A stretch of DNA of 64,000 bases, taken from positions 1,996-65,995 of IMG/VR virus record IMGVR_UViG_3300045922_001133. One strand, written 5' to 3'. The stretch comes from a virus. Shown here one piece after another: positions 46,125 through 55,631 of the stretch; positions within the stretch are counted from its first letter, which is position 1, and each line of letters opens with the position of its first letter. The notes under the pieces were generated by a model, which did no database searches, was not told the DNA's origin, and worked only from the letters and a program-made list of their open reading frames with translations. The translations under genes and the position numbers were made by a program.

Positions 46125-47486
46125 CATCGTCCCGATCGAGAAGCTGCTGTCTGTGGCCTTGCTCGTTCCAATGAGCGACCCCAACGACAAGGACTGCAAG
46201 TGGGGGCTCAACGTGATGCTCTGGGGTGACCCGGGCATCGGCAAGAGCGACCGCGTCGAGGCGGCAAGCGCGATGGTCGGCCTGCCGCCGCGCACGGTCT
46301 ACGCCGCGACGACGCAGCCGGAGGACGTCTCCGGCGCCGCGTTCCCGAACACGACCAAGGGCCTCGCGATGTTCGAGGCCGCCATCGAGGGCATCATCGA
46401 AGAGCTCGGCTCCGACGACTTCGAGAGCGAGCTCGAGAGCACGGGGTTCCTCTCGAGCATCGTGAAGAAGCTCGTGAAGCCGCGCGCGACGAAGGTGCTT
46501 CAGCGCATGCTCGCTGCAGCGAAGCGCTACGGCGGCTCGTCGACGGTCCTCGAACCGCTCCTGCCGGGCGTCTCGGACCTCATGGTCGACGGGTGCGGCG
46601 TGCTCTTCCTCGACGAGCTCTCCTGCGCGCGTCCGGCCGTCCAGGGTGCCTACCTCGGCGTCGCGCTCACCCGGCGCGTCGCCGGGCGGCAGCTCCCTGG
46701 CGGAGTCCGCATCATCGCGGCGGGCAACCCGCCGGAGAGTGCGGCGGGCGGCTGGGAGCTCGAACCGCCGATGGCGAACCGCTTCTGCCACTTCGAGGTG
46801 AAGGTCCCCTCCGTCGAGGAGTGGAACGAGTGGCTCATCAACGAGAGCGGCCACCGCCTCGAGCCGATCGAGGAGGGCGAGCTCCGCGTGAAACAGAGGT
46901 GGGCCGACGAGTGGCCGATCGTGAAGGGCCAGTTCGCTGGCTTCATGCGGTCGGGCGGGGCGAAGCTCCACGACATCCCGCCGGAAGGGCACAAGTCCCG
47001 CGGGCGCGCGTGGCCCTCGCCGCGCACGTGGGTCTTCAGCGCGCGGGCAGCGGCGACGTGCCGGTGCCTCGGGCTCGGCGACGACGTGCGTGACGCCTTC
47101 ATCGAAGGATGCGTCGGTCCCGGCCCGGCGATGGCGTTCTCCGCGTGGGCCGCGAACGCGGACCTGCCGACGCCGCAGGACATGATCCGGAACGGGTGGA
47201 CGCCCGACAAGCGACGCCTCGACCGCACGATCGCGGCGTACACCGGGCTCATCTCCTACGTGAAGGGCAGGCCCACGATGGAGAAACGCCTCGAGGTCGC
47301 CCCCGGCGCGTGGAGGTGCATCCGGCAGTCCGCGGACGCCGGCATGCTCGACATCACGCTGCCGATGGCGCAGCAGCTCGTCCGGGAGCGCCTCGACTCG
47401 AAAGCGGGCCCGGAGATCGCGGCCGAATGCAAACCCGTCCTTTCCCGTCTCGCGAAGGCAGGAATGGCCAACTTCCTCCAGGACAT

Positions 47487-47490
<4 letters not shown>
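46117..47490 (+). CDS. MoxR-like AAA+ ATPase
   Basis: Walker A GDPGIGKS, Walker B LFLDE, AAGNP, ANRF, sensor PSPRTW. Confidence 0.88.
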
Positions 47491-48983
<1,493 letters not shown>

Positions 48984-49037
48984 CCGAAGCACTGAGAGTG
49001 AAGGAACTCCCGTTCCCTCGCTGGTGCACGTAGGCGG

Positions 49038-49065
49038 AGAAGACCCCGAAAGGGGCCTTCTTTTT
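49038..49065 (+). terminator. intrinsic terminator between convergent units
   Basis: AGAAGACCCC-GAAA-GGGGCCTTCT followed by TTTT. Confidence 0.75.
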
Positions 49066-49081
49066 AGCTCCGCGTCGAAGA

Positions 49082-51109
49082 CTAGACGATCGCGGCTTCC
49101 CTTCGCGGCGGTCGCTGCTCGGGCAGAGGCTTCATGTTGATCTGCGAAGCTGCCGCTCCGGCGGCGCCGAGCCCGGGCTGCGCTGCCTCCGCGCGCTGCA
49201 CCGTGACGCCCATCTGCCTCAGCATCTGGACGACGAGGTCGGCGAGCTCGGGCGACTGCATCGCGAGGTTCTCGACAGCCTGCTGCTGTTGCTGCGGGGC
49301 CATGCCGGCGATGACCTTCGCCTGCATCACCGCCAGCGTCGGGAGGTCGACGGCGCCCGCCTGCCCCGGCTGCATCCGCTGCCCCTCGTTGAGGCCGGAC
49401 TGGAGCTCGGGCAGGCCGCCCTGCGTCGCCATCTCGCCCTGCGGCTGCTCAGTCTGGATCACACCGCCAGCCTCCTGGCCGCCGACGGTGCCCGCGCCCA
49501 TCGCCTCGGGGCCTCCGGGCTCCCCCGGCGCCGCGCCGGTCCCCATCGCCTCGATCTGCACCTGCTGCGCCTTGATCTGGTACTTCGCCATGATGAGCTG
49601 CTGCTCGCCCTGGATCTCCGCCATCGCGAGCTGCTGCTTCTTCGTCGCGGCGAGGCGCGACGCCGTCTCCTTCTCCATGATGAGGTTCTCCTCCGCCTGG
49701 TCGTAGTCGCACCCCGCGAGGAGCGTCGTGTCGGAGAGCTTGCCCGCCTGGTTGAGGTTCAGGTCGAAAGCCTTTCGCTGGATGTCGTCGGCCATCTTGA
49801 ACGGCTTGAAGCGCGGCGTCGCCATCGGCCAGCGAAGGAAGTTCGCCACCTCCCGCATCACCCAGCGCGTTAGCGCCTTGTGCCGGAGGATGAAGCCGAT
49901 GAACTGGTTCTCGAGCATGCGCATCGAGACGTTCGTGCCGGCATAGCTCATGCCGCCCTTGATGAACTCGATGGGCACAGTCATGCCGTTGAGGATCTGC
50001 TCCGACCAATGCGCGATCTCCTGCGTCATCAGGAGAGCCCTGCCGTCACCGCCAATGGTCTGGTTGCCGATCGGAAGCGGGAGGATCGGGATGTAGTTCG
50101 GGTCGTAGCGCCAGCGCGCGATCTCTGCGGCGACGTGCTCGCGCCAGTCGACGAGATTGATCGTCGTGAACGGATCGCTCGTGCCGCTCGCGGCCTGCGG
50201 GAAGATGATGCGCAGCGGCACAATGTGCTCGAGGAGGATGGCCTCCTGCGCCTTCTTCATGATCTGGAGGTAGAAGACGTCCTTCAGGACGGGGAGGAGA
50301 AGCGGGATGCCCCAACCCCGGTCGTGCGTCGCGATCGTCGGACGCCGCATGTGGAAGAGGTTGTCCTTCGAGAAGACGATGCCCTTCTGCTGGCGGAGCG
50401 CGGCGATGAAGACCTGCGGGATGCCCTCGAGGACGTCCTTCTTCCCGATGACGATGTCGTTCCGAACGGTCGCCGGGATGGTGTAGAAGTACGTGTACTC
50501 TCCCGTGATGTCGTTGTAGGTGATCTCGATGTCCTCCGGGTTCCAGCGGATCAACTTGATGCCGCTCGGGTTCCGGAAGTAGATGTCCTCCGCGTGCGCG
50601 TCACCGATGATGGAGCACTTCGGACACGTAAGGCGGAAGTTGTAGTTCGTGAAGACCCAGTTCGCGCGGATCTTGTCCGCCGGCGCGGAAAAGCCGCAAC
50701 TCGTGCACTTCAGGTACTTCTTGAACGGGTAGCCGATCGAGATGAACGCGTTTCCGTAGGTGTGGTAGTCGAGACCAACCTCGACCTGGAACGCACGAAA
50801 CCGGAGGTGGTCCTGGAAGTAGTCGGACCACTTCTTCGAGACATCCTTGTTCTCGTGGTCGATGATGAGGTCGGTGACCGGGTACTCGGAGAGCTTGAAG
50901 ACGACCGCGTTGATGAGCGGGTTCGTCAGGAAGTAGTACCGGCACCACCGGAACATCTGCTTGATCGTGGTCGGCAGATAAGTGTGCGCGATGTCGAAGA
51001 ACGGCGACGGGTAGTTGATCCCCGTGGTCGAACCGTTCTGGATGCGTCCACGCGTCGGGCTGAAACGCAACGGTGACGACGCAGACCCGAAGCCGCCAAA
51101 ACCCATCAT
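49082..51109 (-). CDS. portal protein with Zn-ribbon insertion
   Basis: 675 aa; portal-like NPLINAVV, GLDYHTYGNAF, IRWNPEDI, FHMRRP...GWGIPLL; CTSC...CPKC insert; Gln/Gly-rich tail. Confidence 0.8.
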   Translation of the reverse strand: MMGFGGFGSASSPLRFSPTRGRIQNGSTTGINYPSPFFDIAHTYLPTTIKQMFRWCRYYFLTNPLINAVVFKLSEYPVTDLIIDHENKDVSKKWSDYFQDHLRFRAFQVEVGLDYHTYGNAFISIGYPFKKYLKCTSCGFSAPADKIRANWVFTNYNFRLTCPKCSIIGDAHAEDIYFRNPSGIKLIRWNPEDIEITYNDITGEYTYFYTIPATVRNDIVIGKKDVLEGIPQVFIAALRQQKGIVFSKDNLFHMRRPTIATHDRGWGIPLLLPVLKDVFYLQIMKKAQEAILLEHIVPLRIIFPQAASGTSDPFTTINLVDWREHVAAEIARWRYDPNYIPILPLPIGNQTIGGDGRALLMTQEIAHWSEQILNGMTVPIEFIKGGMSYAGTNVSMRMLENQFIGFILRHKALTRWVMREVANFLRWPMATPRFKPFKMADDIQRKAFDLNLNQAGKLSDTTLLAGCDYDQAEENLIMEKETASRLAATKKQQLAMAEIQGEQQLIMAKYQIKAQQVQIEAMGTGAAPGEPGGPEAMGAGTVGGQEAGGVIQTEQPQGEMATQGGLPELQSGLNEGQRMQPGQAGAVDLPTLAVMQAKVIAGMAPQQQQQAVENLAMQSPELADLVVQMLRQMGVTVQRAEAAQPGLGAAGAAASQINMKPLPEQRPPRREAAIV

Positions 51110-52194
51110 GCGCTGAAGCCCTCACCCGCGCCCAACTGCCCAGCGGCGCGATCGGAGATGTATCGTTCGCCGGCGACGGCCTGTCCGCTGTCGGCGGTGA
51201 GATCGGCGGGGCCCGGAGGAGGCGGGGGCAAGAGCTTGCCTTTTCCTCGCCCCGCGGCGCGCCCGATGGCGCCGCCGGCGCGCGAGAGCGCGGTGCCGGC
51301 GACCATCTGACCCGTCATCGTGAGCGGGGAGAGGAGAAAGCCCCCGGCGGTCTGCGCGAGGCTCCGGCCGATGCGCTCGCCCTTCGAGCCGCCCTGCGCG
51401 TCGGGCTCGTCCTTGCTCCACACGGCGCTCGCGAGCTCGGCCGCCGGGAGGCCGACCGTGAGGGCCTTCATCGCGGGGCTCATGCCCTTCCACTGGTCGT
51501 TCACCGCGGTCCGGAGGACCTCGCCGACGGGACGATCGCGGAGCGCCTTGACGTAGCCAGGGATGGACGTGAGCCCCATCTCCTCGGCCTTGCGCCCCGC
51601 GTCGTAGGCGGCGCGCGCGTTCTCGAGGCGCTTCTGCGCGCCCTCGACAGCGGAACGGCCCATCGCGCGATCGACGAGCGACGCCTTGCCCTTACCGGCA
51701 CGCGCGGCGAAGAGCTCCTGCTCCGCCTGCCGGACCGCGCCGAGCCGCGGGGACGCGCCGTGCCCGATCTCGGCGAGCCCACCCTTCGGCTTCCAGCCAG
51801 TGAAAGTGTGCACCTGCCGCTGCCCGAAGTTGGCGCCGGGCAGATTCTTGAGGGCATTCCGGAACTTCTCGCCTGCCGCGGGGTTGATGGCGCCCGTCGC
51901 GCCGCCGACGCCCGCACCGATCGCGCCGCCGATGAGAGCTCCCCGGCCCGCGCCGGCCATGCCGTGGGCGAGGCTCCCGCCGAGGGCCTCGGCGATGCTC
52001 GCGCCCTGCGCGCGCTCCTCGCGGAACTTTCTTCCCCCCTGGACGGCCGCGCCGATGAGGGCACCCCCAGCGGCGCCGACACCGCCGCCGGCCCCGAGCG
52101 CGCCGAGCGCGGAGGAGATGCGGGGGCTGAAGCTGAAGGCGAGCTTCAACTCCCCTCGCAACCCCTCAAGAAGTTGTTCGGACAGCTCAGGCAT
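51106..52194 (-). CDS. Gly/Ala-rich glycine-zipper virion protein
   Basis: 362 aa; ELKLAF leader; GAGGGVGAAGGALIGAA; GALIGGAIGAGVGGATG. Confidence 0.7.
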   Translation of the reverse strand: MPELSEQLLEGLRGELKLAFSFSPRISSALGALGAGGGVGAAGGALIGAAVQGGRKFREERAQGASIAEALGGSLAHGMAGAGRGALIGGAIGAGVGGATGAINPAAGEKFRNALKNLPGANFGQRQVHTFTGWKPKGGLAEIGHGASPRLGAVRQAEQELFAARAGKGKASLVDRAMGRSAVEGAQKRLENARAAYDAGRKAEEMGLTSIPGYVKALRDRPVGEVLRTAVNDQWKGMSPAMKALTVGLPAAELASAVWSKDEPDAQGGSKGERIGRSLAQTAGGFLLSPLTMTGQMVAGTALSRAGGAIGRAAGRGKGKLLPPPPPGPADLTADSGQAVAGERYISDRAAGQLGAGEGFSA

Positions 52195-52978
52195 GTCCCA
52201 CCAAGGGTAGCTGATCTCGGAGTAGAGCTCGATTCTCCTCGACCGCGCTCTCGATGAGAAGAAGCCGGCGCATCTGCTCGCCGAGAATGGTCTCCCCGAG
52301 GGGCGGCATGCGCTTCGTCCGCTTGTAGTTCGCCCAGGCCTCGGCGACCTCCGACGTGTTCACGACGTAGCCGTCATCGTCGACGACTACGAAGTTGAGC
52401 GGCTCGAGCGGGTAGAAGACGCCCTCGAACTTGAAGACCTGAGCGAGGAACGTCTTCACCTCGCTCGACCACTCGACGTCGTCGCGGACCTTCTGCGCGG
52501 TGTAGACGGAGACGGCCGCCTGGGCGAGCGTCGGGACCTGGAGGTTCTCGAAGTCGGGGAAGAGGCCGTTGAGGGCCGCGGTCACCCAGGTGAAGACCTC
52601 CCAACGCTCCCAGAACGTGTCGACGAGGTGGAGCGTCCGGCACGCCTGGATCTTCGCCATGTTGAGGTCGGAGACCTCGGTGGTCTTGAAGTCCTGAGGG
52701 ATGCGGTACTCGAGGGTCTCGGGTTCCCAGAGGAGGAAGTCCGGACCATACTTCTTGAGCAGGAAGAGGTCGAGGACGAGAGGATGCGCGTCAGGATGCC
52801 GGAAGAAATTGAATACGGTCACGTTGCCGACACTCGCGCGCGGCGCCGCATGCTTCTCTTCTTCCGGCTCCTCGACGGTCTCTATCTGCTCGGTCGGTTC
52901 GTCGTCCGCCTGCGCCGGAAGGTTCGCCGCGGCAGCCGCTAGCCGAGCTGCGAGCTTGTCGATGTCGAGCATGATCAC
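52187..52978 (-). CDS. hypothetical protein
   Basis: 263 aa; overlapping neighbours; EKHAA after an acidic leader. Confidence 0.7.
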   Translation of the reverse strand: MIMLDIDKLAARLAAAAANLPAQADDEPTEQIETVEEPEEEKHAAPRASVGNVTVFNFFRHPDAHPLVLDLFLLKKYGPDFLLWEPETLEYRIPQDFKTTEVSDLNMAKIQACRTLHLVDTFWERWEVFTWVTAALNGLFPDFENLQVPTLAQAAVSVYTAQKVRDDVEWSSEVKTFLAQVFKFEGVFYPLEPLNFVVVDDDGYVVNTSEVAEAWANYKRTKRMPPLGETILGEQMRRLLLIESAVEENRALLRDQLPLVGHA

Positions 52979-54336
52979 ACTGGGGAGTTTTCGGTCGCCA
53001 TCCGGATGAGGAGCTTCTTCTGATCGACCGGGAGGCTCTTGTAGATGCCCACCGGGTCTTTGCAGAACTCCTCGCAGAAGTCATCCCCGAACGTGCTCTT
53101 GAGCCCCGGCTTGTTCGACTTCAGGCGCTCGAGGTCCGCGGCGGTGACGTAGTAGTTGCCGATGATGTCGGTGAACGTCTTCTTCTCGTCCTCCGCCGTC
53201 TTGTCGAAGCCGAAGGTCGACGCGAACGGATCGGGCACGTCACGGTCGTAGTAGGCCGCGACGCCGGCGGCCTTGTCGAGCTCGCCGAGCACCACCGCGT
53301 ACTCCTCCGGCGGCATAAGCGCGGCGCTCTTCACGAGCTCGTCGTAGAGGCCGCGCAAGTCCGCGTCGTCGATGAGCGCCTTACGCGCGTCGATCGCGAA
53401 CTGGAGCTCGATCGCCGAGGCGTACTTCTCGGAGCCGTACTTGCGGGCCTCGTCGCTCACGGGGATGCCAAGCTCCTGCGCGCGCTTCACCATGTTCACG
53501 CAGTACTCGTGGCGCTCCGCCGGCGAGAAGCACTTGCCGTACTCGTCGAAGTACGCGCTCGCGCGCTTCACCTGCTCGTAGCTGTCGAGCGGGTACCTCT
53601 CACCGAGAGCGTAGCGGCTGGCCTTCTTCACGGTCGTCTGGGTCATGGCTTCTTTCTCGGTGACGTCGACGACCGGGCGGAGATGGGCGGTCTTCTTCAC
53701 CACGGCCTTCGTCGGCTCGGCCTTCGCGGTTGTATCGCAGGACAGGGGCATCGAGCTCGTGCCGACGACCTCTGCAACGTGCTCCATCCCACCAGACATC
53801 GCGGCAAGTCCGCCAGCGGCGCCACCCATCGCCTCGCCGGCGCGGACCTTGGCGAGGTTCGCCTTGATGTTCTGGCTGGTGCCCTTCGCAACCGAGGGGA
53901 CCTTCATCGCGGTCAACGCGGCGCCGACGGGGTTCTTCGCCGCGGAGCGAAGAGCCATCCCCGCGAGGCCGGCCTCCTTCTCGAGCTCCTCCGGAACATC
54001 GAGACCGTACCAACCGCACGCCACCTTGAGGTTCTCGGCGGCCACCTGACGTGCTTCCGCCGGAAGCTTGTGCGCGTTCTTGAGGAAGTAGAGCACCGAG
54101 AGCGCCGTGTTGCCCTCATCGATACAGGCGAACTTGCGGAGCTTCTCCTCGCCGTTCAGGAGAACGAGCGCGAACACGTCGTCCGGGAGACGAGAGCGCT
54201 CGTCGGCCGTGACCACGTGGGCCTGCTTGACGAAGTTGGGGATCTCGTCGCTCGAGGCGAACATCGTCCGGAGAACTTCGCCACCCACGTCGTCGTAAAC
54301 GTCGAGAACAAGGCCGCTCGTCTGCATGGAGGCCAT
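52975..54336 (-). CDS. hypothetical virion protein with internal repeated helical domains
   Basis: Start placed at MASMQTSG; LPDDVFAL...RKF and RYPLDSYEQVKRASAYF resemble a recurrent phage domain; EKEAG, KKTAH, DKTAE. Confidence 0.65.
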   Translation of the reverse strand: MASMQTSGLVLDVYDDVGGEVLRTMFASSDEIPNFVKQAHVVTADERSRLPDDVFALVLLNGEEKLRKFACIDEGNTALSVLYFLKNAHKLPAEARQVAAENLKVACGWYGLDVPEELEKEAGLAGMALRSAAKNPVGAALTAMKVPSVAKGTSQNIKANLAKVRAGEAMGGAAGGLAAMSGGMEHVAEVVGTSSMPLSCDTTAKAEPTKAVVKKTAHLRPVVDVTEKEAMTQTTVKKASRYALGERYPLDSYEQVKRASAYFDEYGKCFSPAERHEYCVNMVKRAQELGIPVSDEARKYGSEKYASAIELQFAIDARKALIDDADLRGLYDELVKSAALMPPEEYAVVLGELDKAAGVAAYYDRDVPDPFASTFGFDKTAEDEKKTFTDIIGNYYVTAADLERLKSNKPGLKSTFGDDFCEEFCKDPVGIYKSLPVDQKKLLIRMATENSPV

Positions 54337-54372
54337 CTTACCCGCACCGACCAAGCCGCGGAAGAAGACGGC

Positions 54373-54388
54373 ATAAGGACCTCGAAGG
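54373..54388 (+). promoter_or_regulatory. candidate phage promoter motif ATAAGGACCTCGAAGG
   Basis: Second copy of the 44694 motif, 28 nt upstream of the 54416 ATG at a strand switch. Confidence 0.5.
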
Positions 54389-54415
54389 TGGAAGAGATCT
54401 ACCTCCAGGAGAACA

Positions 54416-55045
54416 ATGGTCGATCTGTCGAGAGAGGATCCACCGGACTGCTTCGGCAAGCTCTGGGATCCGAAAGCGAAGGAATGCACGGGTGGCATGG
54501 ACCCGGCGTTCACCGACGAGAACGGCTCTCACGTTCGCGAGAAGTGCATCTTCTTCGAGTCATGCGGAGCTCGACTTCAAGCATCACGAATGGAGCCGGC
54601 GAGGAGCCTCATCGACCCCAAGAGCCTGCTCAAGAACACGCCCCCTCTTCTCAGTCCGGCGAATCCGCCTAGCCAGACGAGCCAGTTCGTCGAACGGTTC
54701 ATAACCGCAGTGGCCAACCGCCCAGTACAACAAGTACAACAAGCGGCCCCGGCCTCCATGAACCAACCCCCCAGGCCGCTATATCTTCCACCCCCGGTGA
54801 TCCCGCAAGGGGTCCCAGTGGCGGGCTACCAGGCGATGATGCCGGTCAACTACCAGATGCCGGGGTACCTCTCGGTCCCTGAACAACGCTATCCGACGGA
54901 GTCGTTCTGGAAGTTCCTCGGAAGAACCGTCTTACGGTCGATAGGGAAGAGCTTGGGCCACTCGATCGCCCACCTCTTCGACACGGTCCCGCTCGGTACT
55001 CAACCCCCTCCCGAGGTGCATGTCGATCACACCGGGAGGGGCTGA
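54416..55045 (+). CDS. hypothetical protein with four-Cys N-terminal domain and Pro/Gln-rich region
   Basis: 209 aa; CFG...EC...KCIFFESC; CAGGAG RBS. Confidence 0.7.
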   Translation: MVDLSREDPPDCFGKLWDPKAKECTGGMDPAFTDENGSHVREKCIFFESCGARLQASRMEPARSLIDPKSLLKNTPPLLSPANPPSQTSQFVERFITAVANRPVQQVQQAAPASMNQPPRPLYLPPPVIPQGVPVAGYQAMMPVNYQMPGYLSVPEQRYPTESFWKFLGRTVLRSIGKSLGHSIAHLFDTVPLGTQPPPEVHVDHTGRG

Positions 55046-55053
55046 AAAAAGAT

Positions 55054-55270
55054 CGCGAACCCCTGGACCCCCCCCACCCCCATTCCAATGGGTCAGGGGG
55101 GGGTCCAGACCCTCGCGGTAATTTTTCTCCCATCTCTCTCTCAAGAATAGATCTACCTGAGAGATGGGAAAAATAAGGCTTTTTCTCTCCGAAAATCGAT
55201 CGCCACAAAAACCTGCTCCCCTTTTTGGGCTCTCCTCGGAGCCTCCCAAGGAGACCCCAAAAAGGGGAGC
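55054..55270. repeat. three consecutive long imperfect inverted repeats
   Basis: IR1 55054-55117 (CTGGACCCCCCCC/GGGGGGGGTCCAG core); IR2 55121-55174 (ATTTTT(CT)CCCATCTCTC/GAGAGATGGGAAAAAT); IR3 55215-55270 (GCTCCCTTTTTGGG...TCTCCT/AGGAGA...CCCCAAAAAAGGGGAGC). Confidence 0.8.
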
Positions 55271-55298
55271 CACTTGCTACGGACGAACCCATAGAGAT

Positions 55299-55631
55299 AT
55301 GACCCACCGGGTACATCTCCGAAAGGATCTGACCGGGGAAGCCTCCGGACGGCTCACCGTTCTAGGCATCTCCGAGAGAACAAGAAGCGGGACCATATGG
55401 CGTTGCCGATGCTCCTACGGGACTGAGGTGAGGGTCTACTCGTTCAACCTCACCAGGGGCCAACAGGTCTCTTGTGGCTGCTTCGAGAACTTCTTGAGGG
55501 ACATGGGACCTCGCCCAGCCCCCAAGCTCACGATCGAGCGCAAGAACAACAACGGGCCGTACGCTCCCTGGAATTGCCGATGGGCTACCCGGAAAGAGCA
55601 GAGGAGAAACGATGCGCGTCGTCCGGCGTGA
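55299..55631 (+). pseudogene. internally deleted HNH homing endonuclease
   Basis: DLTG..GRLTV..WRCRCSYG..L.RG..SCGC joined directly to FENFLRDMGPRP..TIERKNNNGPYAPWNCRWAT; the usual intervening segment appears absent. Confidence 0.7.
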
